Below, in pieces: positions 1 through 9,604 of a DNA stretch of 64,000 nt (its first letter is position 1; every line of letters starts with the position of its first letter). The position numbers were made by a program, and so were the translations under genes. Below the pieces are notes generated by a model. That model made no database searches and had not been told where the DNA came from. It saw only the letters and a list, made by a program, of their open reading frames with translations. Source of the DNA: Candidatus Poribacteria bacterium. Lineage in GTDB: Bacteria > Poribacteria > WGA-4E > WGA-3G. The DNA lies in contig JAPPCZ010000087.1 of NCBI GenBank assembly GCA_028824685.1, positions 25,915-89,914 on the forward strand, in the 5' to 3' direction.

Positions 1-1
1 T

Positions 2-1165
2 CTGTGGCCCTCGGAATTAACAGATATCAGGACACTTCTGGAAATGTATCTTGAAAACGGTGAAGGAATTCTTCCAAAGCAAAAACTATCATCATTATTT
101 GAATCTACTTTCCAACTTGGTAAAGAAACTGCTCCATCCAATAACGAATGTAGACGAACTATAGCTAGTGCAGGGCTATTATGTGCCATTGCAGTATCAA
201 GTTATACCGACAAAGAAAATCATGTTGCCGAAATTGAAGCTTGGACGCTTTATATTGCTTATGTCCTTGCCCTTGCAGAGAAATGGAACCTTCCAAAAAA
301 GGTCTACAAAAATGAATTTGAAATTGCAACACAATCCCTCTATAATACCTTAGGAAACCTTTGTGCTGAGGTTAAAGATCGAACCTACCTGGTAGAGGGG
401 AATCCGTTGACAGATTCTTATGTCTACAAAGTTCGTATGACATGGTTATTAGGGTTGATGAGTATCTATGCACTATGGCGATGCATTAAAAAAGAACCAA
501 AAAATGAAACGGATGATTTTCTTCGAGATTTTTGTAGGGAAAAACGTAGTCAATTGAAATTATGGGGCGAAGCAGCAATACCCCAATTTCTCGCGTTCTT
601 TTGGTTTTTTAGAAAAATTGATGGAACAAAGGAACCAGACTGTTTAATTTACAAACTGATATCGAAAATATGCAACCTAAATAGACCGGGAAACAATAGA
701 TTTCTTGCTAATCCATACTATGAAGTAGAGGAATTGCTTCCACATCATTTTGCACCAATTCTCATACCACCCCCGGTGCCTCTAAAGGATTCCTTTGAAG
801 GGCAATCTTATGCGTTAGAGGGATTAGTTCACCTATATGTACGCAGAAATTGGAAACAAGCGATGCGAAGTCTTTGGCCTGCTGTAACAAGATTGCAATT
901 CGAATCCTTTGTCCCGAATAATTTTTGTGAATTTTATAGATGGAGGAGTGAAATTGGACATAACAATTTTGACTCTCCCACACATACGCAAGACTGGGAA
1001 GAATTAAAAACTATTTCTTTTGAATCCGAAGGCACTTGCATTCCGCCAACTACAAAAGAACATCCTATTCTCTTATTACTTTTTCTATGTGTATATCCAC
1101 ACAGAATGAATGCAGAAATTATAAGATGGTTGGATACACAGATGAAAGATATACCAAGACCATAA
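2..1165 (+). CDS. hypothetical protein, unknown function; 5' end probably outside the window
   Basis: Long ORF (373 aa from the ATG at 44). The frame stays open back to position 2, so the gene likely starts upstream. No recognisable catalytic motif. AT-rich compared with neighbouring core genes. Lies next to a duplicated purL 5' fragment and a TA cassette. Confidence 0.5.
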   Translation: MWPSELTDIRTLLEMYLENGEGILPKQKLSSLFESTFQLGKETAPSNNECRRTIASAGLLCAIAVSSYTDKENHVAEIEAWTLYIAYVLALAEKWNLPKKVYKNEFEIATQSLYNTLGNLCAEVKDRTYLVEGNPLTDSYVYKVRMTWLLGLMSIYALWRCIKKEPKNETDDFLRDFCREKRSQLKLWGEAAIPQFLAFFWFFRKIDGTKEPDCLIYKLISKICNLNRPGNNRFLANPYYEVEELLPHHFAPILIPPPVPLKDSFEGQSYALEGLVHLYVRRNWKQAMRSLWPAVTRLQFESFVPNNFCEFYRWRSEIGHNNFDSPTHTQDWEELKTISFESEGTCIPPTTKEHPILLLLFLCVYPHRMNAEIIRWLDTQMKDIPRP

Positions 1166-1214
1166 ACCACTGGAGTTTGGTCGCTGTTTAACTTTGGAAA
1201 TAGCGGAGAAAATA

Positions 1215-1409
1215 ATGTCTAATAAGGTAAATGAATTCCAAATTCTAAATGCAAATGATGCTGAATTAATGCGTATCAGCCAAGAAGGGACTTTGTCGCT
1301 GAACTTGAACGAAATGCAGACAATTCAGTCCCATTTTGCGAAACTGCAACGTAATCCAACCGATGTAGAACTTGACCCTATTCCGCGCGATATGGTTTAT
1401 GGCAATTAA
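1215..1409 (+). pseudogene. truncated duplicate of the purL 5' end (first ~60 codons plus RBS)
   Basis: Protein MSNKVNEFQILNANDAELMRISQEGTLSLNLNEMQTIQSHFAKLQRNPTDVEL is near-identical to the N-terminus of PurL at 2402. About 190 bp, including the upstream RBS, is repeated at roughly 90% nucleotide identity (1195-1385 vs 2385-2575). Confidence 0.75.
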
Positions 1410-1451
1410 GCGTCCTGTTTATGTGAGTTTAGAAACTTCCTATAAAAACAA

Positions 1452-1480
1452 TTGATAATCAACACAAGCTGTGGTATACT
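1452..1480 (+). promoter_or_regulatory. sigma70-like promoter for the TA cassette
   Basis: TTGATA (1452-1457), 17-nt spacer, TGGTATACT extended -10 (1472-1480). Sits about 30 nt upstream of an AAGGGG RBS and the ATG at 1513. Confidence 0.55.
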
Positions 1481-1512
1481 CTTTTCAACTGTTTTACCAA
1501 GGGGTAGATACC

Positions 1513-1740
1513 ATGAAAACGCTCCCGTTAGAAACTGACCATAAAATCAAATTACCACGTGATTGGGTCCAAGAACTGGGGTTGGAATCGGCTGTCATGC
1601 TTGAACGGACAGATGAGGGTATCCTTATCCGTCCCTACACAGCACAGACGTGGGACGAGATTTATGCCGAAAAACTCAAAATAGGCACTCCTGCAGCATT
1701 AGACTTGTCCGAGGTAAGCGGTGACGACCTTATCTTCTGA
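1513..1740 (+). CDS. AbrB/MazE-type (SpoVT-AbrB fold) antitoxin-like small protein
   Basis: 75 aa from the ATG at 1513 (MKTLPLETDHKIKLPRDWVQELGLE...). Typical size and N-terminal pattern of a swapped-hairpin antitoxin. Overlaps the downstream PIN gene by about 20 nt. Confidence 0.5.
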   Translation: MKTLPLETDHKIKLPRDWVQELGLESAVMLERTDEGILIRPYTAQTWDEIYAEKLKIGTPAALDLSEVSGDDLIF

Positions 1741-2314
1741 TCAATTTGCCGGACGCGGATTAGACGCAATGCTAATTGTCTATTCCTTGCTTGAGGACCA
1801 TCCCGCCTCTGTTGTCTGCGAATCGTTTATCCGAGAACACGCCAGTTGGCACACGACGACACTTACGTTATTGGAAGCAATATCGATTCTCACAAAGATC
1901 TATGGTGTAGGTTTCAACCTTGCCTCACAGCAGCTCTCCCAATTTTCCGCAGGACCGATTGAAATTATTGAAGTAGACCTACCAATAACCCTCGCGTCGA
2001 TGCAGATAGCCGACGCATTGGAAATTGATATTACTGATGCGGTACTTTTACAGGCAACGCGCGCACGAGGTGCTACCGTCTTGGCAACGGATGACCGTAA
2101 ACTGATACAAGCCTGCGATCAGGTAAATATAGTTGTTGAAAATCCGATTGATGTTTCGCTTCGGCGACAGATGGCGAGTTGGGAATCAGAGAACTTGCCG
2201 CAAAAAGGGTTGCCACGCATTCTTAGGCAGATTCATCATTGGCTACGTCAGAACCATCAACAGGCTGCCGAAGATTTTTGGTCTCGAACAGGAGGCGGAA
2301 GTCACCTGCCTTAA
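1721..2314 (+). CDS. PIN-domain (VapC-like) toxin
   Basis: Acidic residues placed like a PIN domain: LDAML near the N-terminus, E in LLEAISIL, D in DITDAVLL and LATDD. Translationally coupled to the upstream AbrB-like ORF. Start could also be the ATG at 1770. Confidence 0.55.
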   Translation: MTTLSSDQFAGRGLDAMLIVYSLLEDHPASVVCESFIREHASWHTTTLTLLEAISILTKIYGVGFNLASQQLSQFSAGPIEIIEVDLPITLASMQIADALEIDITDAVLLQATRARGATVLATDDRKLIQACDQVNIVVENPIDVSLRRQMASWESENLPQKGLPRILRQIHHWLRQNHQQAAEDFWSRTGGGSHLP

Positions 2315-2401
2315 CTGCAAGGAATCTGCTCAACCGCTTATATGAAACATTACAGGCTTTAAAAAGAAGTTGAGTCTTTACTATAAATTACGGAGAAGAT
2401 A

Positions 2402-4798
2402 ATGTCCAATAAGGTCAACGAATTTCAGATTCTAAATGCAGATGATGCTGAATTAATGCGTATCAGTCAAGAAGGCACTTTGTCGCTGAACTTGAACGAG
2501 ATGCAGACAATTCAGTCCCATTTTGCGAAATTACAACGCAATCCAACCGACGTGGAGCTTGAGACGATTGCACAAACATGGTCGGAGCATTGCGTCCACA
2601 AAACCTTTAAAAGCATTATTCTCTATTCTGAAGAGGGCAAGGAAACAGAACAGATTGATGGCTTGTTTCCAACCTACATTCAACGCGCAACAGAGGTAAT
2701 AGATAAACCGTGGTGTGTCTCTGTCTTTTCAGACAATGCTGGCATCATTGAATTTGATGAGACATTCAATCTCGTTTTCAAGGTGGAAACGCACAACCAT
2801 CCATCAGCCATTGAACCTTACGGTGGTGCGGGGACAGGCATCGGCGGTGTTATCCGTGACTCTCTCGGCACAGGACTCGGTGCGAAACCGATTCTGAATA
2901 CAGATGTTTTCTGCTTTGGATTGCCGGACACACCTTATGAGAAATTACCGAAAGGAACACTCCACCCCAAACGCGTATTCAAAGGCGTTGTTGCTGGTGT
3001 CCGTGATTATGGAAACCGCATGGGGATTCCTACTGCTAACGGTGCAATTCTTTTTGACACACGCTACACTGCAAACCCACTTGTCTTTTGTGGAAACGTC
3101 GGACTAATACCGATAGATAGGTGCGACAAATCTGTTGAACCCGGTGATTTAATTGTTGCTGTTGGCGGGCGTACAGGACGCGATGGAATTCACGGTGCTA
3201 CCTTCTCTTCAGCAGAATTAGATGATACTTCTGAAAGCCTCGGCAGTGTTGTTCAGATCGGTAATCCGATTATGGAAAAGAAGATTGTTGATGCACTTTT
3301 ACAGGCACGCGACCAAAACCTGTACCGTTCTATAACAGACTGCGGCGCTGGTGGGTTCTCATCGGCTGTAGGTGAAATGGGTGAGGATACAGGCGCTGAG
3401 GTACATCTGGAACGAGTCCCATTAAAATACGAAGGGTTAGCACCTTGGGAAATCTGGCTATCGGAAGCACAAGAACGGATGGTAATCTCTGTTCCGCCTG
3501 AAAATCTGGACGAACTGATGGAAATTTGCGAGGCAGAAATGGTTGAGGCAACAGTGCTTGGTAATTTCACAGATACGCACAGATTGCAGGTTTTCTATGA
3601 CGGCGCAATAGTTGCGGATTTAGATATGAAATTTCTGCACAAAGGCTTGCCACAACACGTTAAAAAAGCAACTTGGCAACCACCACAGCACGAAGAAATG
3701 CCATCGCGAGACAGCCAAACCGAGAACTACGCCGAAGACTTGTGCCGACTCCTTGCCAGTCCAAACATCGCCAGTAAAGAATCTGTCATCCGCCAGTACG
3801 ACCATGAGGTTCAAGGAGGGGTTGTTATCAAACCTCTCGTTGGTAAAAAAAACGATGGACCAAGCGATGCATGCGTCACCACACCAGTTATAGGTAGTGA
3901 GAAAGCGGTCATTGTTGCAAACGGCATCAACCCGAAATATAGCGATGTTGATGCGTACATCAGCGCAGCATCGGCAATTGATGAGGCACTCCGAAATATA
4001 GTTGCTGTCGGAGGAACACTTGAAAAAACGGCACTATTAGACAATTTCTGCTGGGGAAATCCCGATAAACCTGACCGACTTGGCGCGTTAGTCCGTGCAG
4101 CAAAGGCGTGTTACGACATTGCTACTGCCTACGGCACGCCCTTCATCTCTGGGAAAGATAGTCTTTACAACGAATACCGAGATACGACAACAGGAGAGCA
4201 ACGCGCAATTCCTTCAACGTTGCTCATATCTGCAATATGCGTGATGCCCAACATTCGCAACGCAGTTACAATGGATGTGAAATCCCCTGGTAACCTCATC
4301 TATGTCGTTGGCAACACTTACGCTGAATTGGGAGGGTCTCACTACTTCGGTATCCACGGTTTCATTGGTAACACTGCTCCAGTTGTCCGTCCAGATGAAG
4401 GTAAGTTAACGATGGAAAAACTCAGTACTGCTATCAATAGTGGTTTGGTGCGTTCCTGCCATGATTGTTCTGAAGGTGGTATCGGTGTAGCAGCAGCGGA
4501 GATGGCATTTTCAGGTGGATATGGCATGTCACTTAATATCAGCAACGTTCCTACTGGAGAAGAAATTACTTCCGACGATTTTCTACTATTTTCTGAGTCG
4601 AATAGTCGTTTTCTTGTTGAAATTGAACCGAAACACCAAGATTCTTTTGAAAACCACATGGTTGGCGTGCCGATAGGTTGCCTCGCTGCTGTTACAGAAA
4701 CACCGAAATTTATTGTCAACGGATTGACAGGCAAATACGTTATAGAAACTACTATTGATATTCTCAAATCAGCGTGGCAAACACCATTGCATTCGTAA
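2402..4798 (+). CDS. purL: phosphoribosylformylglycinamidine synthase subunit PurL (FGAM synthase II)
   Basis: 798 aa. Has the PurM-superfamily glycine-rich motif YGGAGTGIGGVIRD and duplicated AIR-synthase-like halves. Immediately followed by the purQ glutaminase. Confidence 0.9.
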   Translation: MSNKVNEFQILNADDAELMRISQEGTLSLNLNEMQTIQSHFAKLQRNPTDVELETIAQTWSEHCVHKTFKSIILYSEEGKETEQIDGLFPTYIQRATEVIDKPWCVSVFSDNAGIIEFDETFNLVFKVETHNHPSAIEPYGGAGTGIGGVIRDSLGTGLGAKPILNTDVFCFGLPDTPYEKLPKGTLHPKRVFKGVVAGVRDYGNRMGIPTANGAILFDTRYTANPLVFCGNVGLIPIDRCDKSVEPGDLIVAVGGRTGRDGIHGATFSSAELDDTSESLGSVVQIGNPIMEKKIVDALLQARDQNLYRSITDCGAGGFSSAVGEMGEDTGAEVHLERVPLKYEGLAPWEIWLSEAQERMVISVPPENLDELMEICEAEMVEATVLGNFTDTHRLQVFYDGAIVADLDMKFLHKGLPQHVKKATWQPPQHEEMPSRDSQTENYAEDLCRLLASPNIASKESVIRQYDHEVQGGVVIKPLVGKKNDGPSDACVTTPVIGSEKAVIVANGINPKYSDVDAYISAASAIDEALRNIVAVGGTLEKTALLDNFCWGNPDKPDRLGALVRAAKACYDIATAYGTPFISGKDSLYNEYRDTTTGEQRAIPSTLLISAICVMPNIRNAVTMDVKSPGNLIYVVGNTYAELGGSHYFGIHGFIGNTAPVVRPDEGKLTMEKLSTAINSGLVRSCHDCSEGGIGVAAAEMAFSGGYGMSLNISNVPTGEEITSDDFLLFSESNSRFLVEIEPKHQDSFENHMVGVPIGCLAAVTETPKFIVNGLTGKYVIETTIDILKSAWQTPLHS

Positions 4799-4870
4799 CT
4801 TTTTAACGATCCATGTGTTTTACTTATTAAGATTGCACAAACTGGAAAGTTTATGCTACAGGGAGAAAAT

Positions 4871-5672
4871 TGTGAAACCAAAGGTACTTATCTTACGAAC
4901 TGCAGGAACGAATTGCGATGCTGAAACGGATGTAGCGTTTCAACTTGCAGGTGCGGAAACTGATTTAGTCCACATTCAAAACCTCATATCTGGCAAAACA
5001 AACCTTTCCGATTATCAGATTCTTGCTATTCCGGGCGGATTCTCTTATGGCGATGATATTGCAGCAGGGATACTACTTGCTGTAGAGATGAAACATAAAC
5101 TGAGAAAAGCTCTTGATCAGTTTGTCGCTGACAATAAACTCATAATTGGAATATGTAACGGGTTTCAAGTGCTGGTGCGGACAGGGTTGTTGCCAGGGAC
5201 AGAAAACGGTAATACTGCAATTACACAGCGCGCAACTTTAGCGATGAACACGTCTGCCAAATTTGAATGTCGGTGGGTTGAATTGGACACACAACAGAGT
5301 CCTTGTATCTTTACAAAAGGTATCAAACCACATCTCTATCTCCCTGTGGCACATGCTGAAGGTAAGTTTACTGCACCATCTGACGTATTGGAAGACTTAG
5401 AGTCAAAAAACCAAATTGTATTCCGATATGGAAATACACAGCAATCATTTCCTGACAAGACTGAGTATCCACACAACCCCAACGGTTCTGATGCAGATAT
5501 TGCTGGCATCTGTGACGTAACAGGAAGAATTTTTGGGTTGATGCCTCATCCTGAAAGATTTCTGCTGAAATGGAATCATCCGCGTTGGACACGAGAAGAC
5601 TTGCCTGAAGAAGGTGATGGCCTCGCAATTTTCAAAAACGCTGTTAACTACGCGAAAGCGAATTTTTCATGA
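4871..5672 (+). CDS. purQ: phosphoribosylformylglycinamidine synthase glutaminase subunit PurQ
   Basis: Class I glutamine amidotransferase with GICNGFQVL (Cys nucleophile) and HPE in MPHPERF. GTG start at 4871 preceded by GGGAGAAAA. The track ORF from 4755 overlaps the purL end and is probably too long. Confidence 0.85.
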
Positions 5673-6103
5673 ATAATAAATTGTCGCGACGGTTACTCCC
5701 TTTCTATATGAAATTGCCTGTCTTTTGGGTATTTATCATCGTTACATTTTTCGGTCAAGTCCTATGGGTCGCAACAATCTCTAAATTTCCGTGGATTGAT
5801 CTGCGCTGGTCAAGTTTCGGATACGCTTTCGGTATTGTGCTTGGGTTTATGCAAGGCAAGTGGACATCACGACTTTGGGAAAAGTCTTATCTACAAGTTT
5901 TGAGACGGGAGATAGTTTTCTGGCAAGCAAAAGGTGCGAAAAGTTTGACATATTTTACCTGTTTTGCCCTTGGCTTACCAGTCGTTGGGATTATCTTAAT
6001 TAGATCCATGGCGCAGTTAGCAGGGATACAATCTTACGTTTTTGGTTTCGTGGGTGGCATGAATGTTGCCTTGCTGCTGTGGGTGCGGCGTATTCCTAAG
6101 TGA
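5669..6103 (+). CDS. small integral membrane protein (3-4 TM), unknown function
   Basis: ATGA overlap with the purQ stop. Hydrophobic segments throughout. Confidence 0.4.
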   Translation: MNNKLSRRLLPFYMKLPVFWVFIIVTFFGQVLWVATISKFPWIDLRWSSFGYAFGIVLGFMQGKWTSRLWEKSYLQVLRREIVFWQAKGAKSLTYFTCFALGLPVVGIILIRSMAQLAGIQSYVFGFVGGMNVALLLWVRRIPK

Positions 6104-6202
6104 ATTTAAATCGGATTTACGCAACATCATAAATCGCATATTATATTGATGAGAAACTCTTATGAGCGAGTTGAGCACTATCTTGGATGGAAGGCGATTT
6201 TC

Positions 6203-6230
6203 TTGACTTTTTTGAAAAACATGCTATGAT
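6203..6230 (+). promoter_or_regulatory. sigma70-like promoter
   Basis: TTGACT (6203-6208), 16-nt spacer, TATGAT (6225-6230). About 90 nt upstream of the 6319 start. Confidence 0.4.
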
Positions 6231-6318
6231 AGCATCAATAATTGGTATGTTTCAAAAAAGCACTCAACGCAGTAAATTTTAATATATACACTAACAACGA
6301 CCTATAGGAGTGTTTCAA

Positions 6319-6987
6319 ATGTTTTATCGAATCACCTTTTTGGTAGTATTTTTCAGTTTTGCAGTTTTTACGGTAGGGTGTCATATTTTGCTTACAGAAC
6401 AAGAATGGAGCGAAAACTACGCGTTGATGGAAGGTGTCAATTCATCCAGTCCGCAAATGATTGATGGAGATCTCAACACTGTCGGTGAAACAGAGACTAT
6501 TGGGCGACGCTACATGTATGGTTCAAGTTGGGGGTCCGCTGTTTCAATCAAGCTACCAGAAAAAAAGAACATCAGAAAAATCGTTATCCATACAGAGAAT
6601 ATCAAAAAGCTTAACATTTACGCAGATAAAGGTGGTAGCGCTCTTTCTGAAACTGACTGGCAATTAATAAAAGAGATAAAATCTGTCAAGGCATATCCTA
6701 TTGTGATTCCTGTCTTATACGCTTTTCCGACAGATCGTATTCGAATTGTAGTTACAGACTTAACAGATGAAGGCGCAAACAGAAGAAAAGAAAGGGCGGA
6801 GTTTTACCGAGGTACTGCACCGATGGAAAGAGGAATGTACGGTTTTGCGGGTGGCAGGAGATTTTATTCCAATTACCAAGCCAGAATCAGCGAAATTGAA
6901 ATTTACGGTTACAAAACTGCTGAAGAAACGGCGGCTGCAAAATCTGATACACAACGTGAAGATGAACTGAATACGATATTGGAATAG
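6319..6987 (+). CDS. hypothetical secreted/lipoprotein
   Basis: N-terminal hydrophobic segment ending VGC (possible lipobox). AGGAG RBS 9 nt before the ATG at 6319 (the track start at 6310 is a GTG). No recognisable domain. Confidence 0.5.
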   Translation: MFYRITFLVVFFSFAVFTVGCHILLTEQEWSENYALMEGVNSSSPQMIDGDLNTVGETETIGRRYMYGSSWGSAVSIKLPEKKNIRKIVIHTENIKKLNIYADKGGSALSETDWQLIKEIKSVKAYPIVIPVLYAFPTDRIRIVVTDLTDEGANRRKERAEFYRGTAPMERGMYGFAGGRRFYSNYQARISEIEIYGYKTAEETAAAKSDTQREDELNTILE

Positions 6988-7031
6988 GATAAAACATTTT
7001 TTGACATTGATTGGCAATTCAAATTTAAGCG

Positions 7032-7541
7032 ATGCAGAGTAGAACCATGAAATACTTTGCCTACGGATCAAATCTCAATATCAAACATATGAAGTGGCGA
7101 TGTCAAGATGCTGTGCCTCTCGGTGCATATACGCTTCAGGGTTACCAACTCGTTTTTCGGTACTACGCTGATTTAATGCCTGCTCAAGACAACTCCGTTA
7201 AGGGAGGACTCTGGGAAATATCAGAAGAGGATGAGAAATTACTTGACAGATATGAGGGCTACCCATCCTTATATGAAAAATACTATGATGGCGACATCAT
7301 GTTTTACCGAATGCTTGATAATGCACGGGACATTGAATTGCCAGGGCTCGGTTATCTTGAAGGGATGTTGGAGGGGATGGAAAACTTCGGACTCTCTCCA
7401 CTTGAAGATTTGAACAACAATCTTGGGGAACCACCGACCCAAGGACTTGTCAGAGAAGGTGACTTACTCCAACGCGCAATGCATCTCATTGCTGATGCAA
7501 TGGGTATTCAACTCTTAGACGAAGATTCGATCACTGTTTGA
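7032..7541 (+). CDS. gamma-glutamyl cyclotransferase-like (AIG2/GGCT fold) protein
   Basis: YFAYGSNL motif at the N-terminus (MKYFAYGSNLN...), the hallmark YGSNL of GGCT/AIG2-like proteins. About 165 aa. Confidence 0.65.
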   Translation: MQSRTMKYFAYGSNLNIKHMKWRCQDAVPLGAYTLQGYQLVFRYYADLMPAQDNSVKGGLWEISEEDEKLLDRYEGYPSLYEKYYDGDIMFYRMLDNARDIELPGLGYLEGMLEGMENFGLSPLEDLNNNLGEPPTQGLVREGDLLQRAMHLIADAMGIQLLDEDSITV

Positions 7542-7714
7542 CTCTCAATCTAATGTTGTAGAATATCTTGGCTCATGTATAGAATAAGTGCTAATGAAAA
7601 CACTTAACCCGCGTGGCCATTGACTTTATTAAAAATAGCTGCACACATCTTATACATGAGCGAATATCTTTTATAGTGAATTTTACAATTAACCTTACAT
7701 TATTGAGTTGCAGG

Positions 7715-7805
7715 AGGGAACTCCGATTCCCGACGGCTAATAGGTTGAGTCGTGATTCGGAGATCACTCCCGCTGAATGCCAAACGCGCATTCAGCGTTG
7801 ATTCA
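7715..7805. repeat. cluster of short palindromic repeat modules (GGGAACTCCGATTCCCGAC / GATTCGGAGATCACTCC / GCCAAACGCGCATTCAGCGTTGATTCACAG)
   Basis: The same modules recur at 17600-17640, 47320-47420, 50560-50700 and 53770-53900. Confidence 0.8.
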
Positions 7806-7847
7806 CAGAAGAAGTGTAAACTTATTTTTCCAATTCACTATAAGCAA

Positions 7848-7878
7848 AAAGCCGTTGCTGATTAAGCAACGGCTTTAG
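7848..7878 (-). terminator. hairpin terminator (AAAGCCGTTGC-loop-GCAACGGCTTT)
   Basis: 11-bp perfect stem. On the minus strand it is followed by TTTTGC. Lies downstream of the minus-strand transposase remnant. Confidence 0.45.
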
Positions 7879-7916
7879 TTGTTATACTAGGGTGTGTAAA
7901 GTTTTGGTTATAAGTA

Positions 7917-8353
7917 TCATGCTGCTTGTTTGAGTTCATTCCAATATCTGTCCCACGCCCCATTTTTCACTAAACACCGTAAGGCAAGCACCTTATTGAT
8001 ACCTTCTTTTTTCCATCTCATAACAGCTTGTTTACATCTTTGTCCTACAACATGTTGACACGCACTCTCAATCACACCACTCCCGATATGATACCCTTTT
8101 TCACGAAACACTTTGTATTGCATACGCTCGGCATGTTTTCAAAATACCTCACTTCTCTTTCTAAAATATCCAAAACTTCCGACTGCTGTGCTGCGAAGCC
8201 ACGAATGCATGCTACCACAGCTGTGATGTCCCCATCAAAAAGTAGCGGTTCTGTCGCTTTTAGCCAAGACCCGATAACTTCAATCTCTGTCTCGCCAAAG
8301 GCAACTTCGGTGTCCCACCAGATGCCAGTTGTGGATAATCTTTGTAAACACAA
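7917..8353 (-). pseudogene. truncated, frameshifted DDE transposase remnant (C-terminal tail resembles the ISKra4/ISNCY-group pattern GSGxIES...MRW...LR)
   Basis: 68-aa ORF ...HIGSGVIESACQHVVGQRCKQAVMRWKKEGINKVLALRCLVKNGAWDRYW plus an overlapping 93-aa ORF in another frame. No N-terminal catalytic part is present. Abuts the MITE at 8364. Confidence 0.45.
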
Positions 8354-8363
8354 CCCAACTCAA

Positions 8364-8653
8364 CAGGGTTATTCAGTTTTCAATATTTTTCATGTTTGTT
8401 TGCTATGCCGTTAATTTAATATGTTGCCATCTTGTCCGTGTCTTTAGTCCCGCTGAATGCCATAAGACGAATGCCATACGCGCATTCGTCTTATGGCATT
8501 CAGCGGGACTAAAAAACTGGAAGGGGTACTCGTTTTCTATAAACATAGCGTCCCTACGGGACTAAAGAACAATGTTCATGTTTCTGGGTATTAACTTTCA
8601 GTAAGTCTCAATACCAGAAAACTCTTAAAACTGAATAACCCTGCTAGCTCAAA
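8364..8653. mobile_element. MITE-like non-autonomous element, copy 1 (17-bp TIR CAGGGTTATTCAGTTTT)
   Basis: Perfect 17-bp terminal inverted repeats at 8364-8380 and 8637-8653. Degenerate 9-bp flanks CCAACTCAA / CTAGCTCAA (7/9 match). Contains a 28-bp-arm perfect palindrome (8449-8518) and TAGTCCCGTAGGGACG-family modules. Second copy at 42764-43093. Confidence 0.75.
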
Positions 8654-8671
8654 AACCTCCCTTGACAATTC

Positions 8672-8700
8672 AATCCATACAAGATATAATTAAAGAAACC
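8672..8700 (+). promoter_or_regulatory. consensus sigma70 promoter for trpA
   Basis: TTGACA (8672-8677), 17-nt spacer, TATAAT (8695-8700). Confidence 0.6.
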
Positions 8701-8732
8701 AATTTATAGAAAGCCGAAAAGCAATTATATCT

Positions 8733-9542
8733 ATGAATCGAATTGAAAAGAAATTTCAGGAACTCAAACAGCAAGGTGCCAGCGCATTTATGCCGTATGT
8801 CTGTGCTGGAGATCCAAACCCAGAACTAACCCCTAAACTTTTTCTTACCCTTGAAGAAGCTGGTGCTGACATCATAGAATTTGGTGTTCCCTTCTCCGAC
8901 CCGATAGCAGACGGGCCGACTATTCAACGTGCCAGCGAACGGGCACTCAAACACCGCATCTCTCTCCAACAAATTCTTGAGATTGTAAAAACTCTCCGAC
9001 AACAGACGGAAATCCCCATCGCTTTGATGAGTTACTATAACCCTATCTTTCGGATGGGCGAGGAGTCATTTTGCAAAGCTGCGCAAGCTGCTGGTATTGA
9101 TGGTGTAATCATTCCGGATTTACCGCCTGAGCAGGCGGATTCGCTTCTGAAAGTTGCATCACAATACAATCTTGCGACTATTTTTCTCGTCGCACCGACA
9201 AGTCCACCAGAACGAATGCAATTGATTGCATCGGTCAGCACAGGATTTATCTATTGCGTCTCGGTAACAGGAGTAACTGGAGCAAGGGCAACTTTGTCAG
9301 ATGAGGTTGCACCTATGATAGCAGAACTACGCAAGCACACAGACAAACCGATTTGTGTCGGTTTCGGTATATCAACGCCTGAGCAGGCAACGCAAGTTGC
9401 CCATGTTGCTGATGGTGCTATTGTGGCAAGTGCTATTATCAATGTCGCTGAAAAGAATATGGATGACGAAACAAAATTGCTTACTGAGGTGAAACAGTTT
9501 GCATCAGATTTGGCGGCTGGAACAAAAATAGTTGATATTTAA
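8733..9542 (+). CDS. trpA: tryptophan synthase alpha chain
   Basis: EFGVPFSDPIADGPTIQ motif. 269 aa. No trpB adjacent. Confidence 0.85.
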   Translation: MNRIEKKFQELKQQGASAFMPYVCAGDPNPELTPKLFLTLEEAGADIIEFGVPFSDPIADGPTIQRASERALKHRISLQQILEIVKTLRQQTEIPIALMSYYNPIFRMGEESFCKAAQAAGIDGVIIPDLPPEQADSLLKVASQYNLATIFLVAPTSPPERMQLIASVSTGFIYCVSVTGVTGARATLSDEVAPMIAELRKHTDKPICVGFGISTPEQATQVAHVADGAIVASAIINVAEKNMDDETKLLTEVKQFASDLAAGTKIVDI

Positions 9543-9604
9543 ACTCAGATCGTTTTAGGTGTGACTTGTTAACTTTTTCAAGTAAAAGTTCGGCTTAATT
9601 ACGA

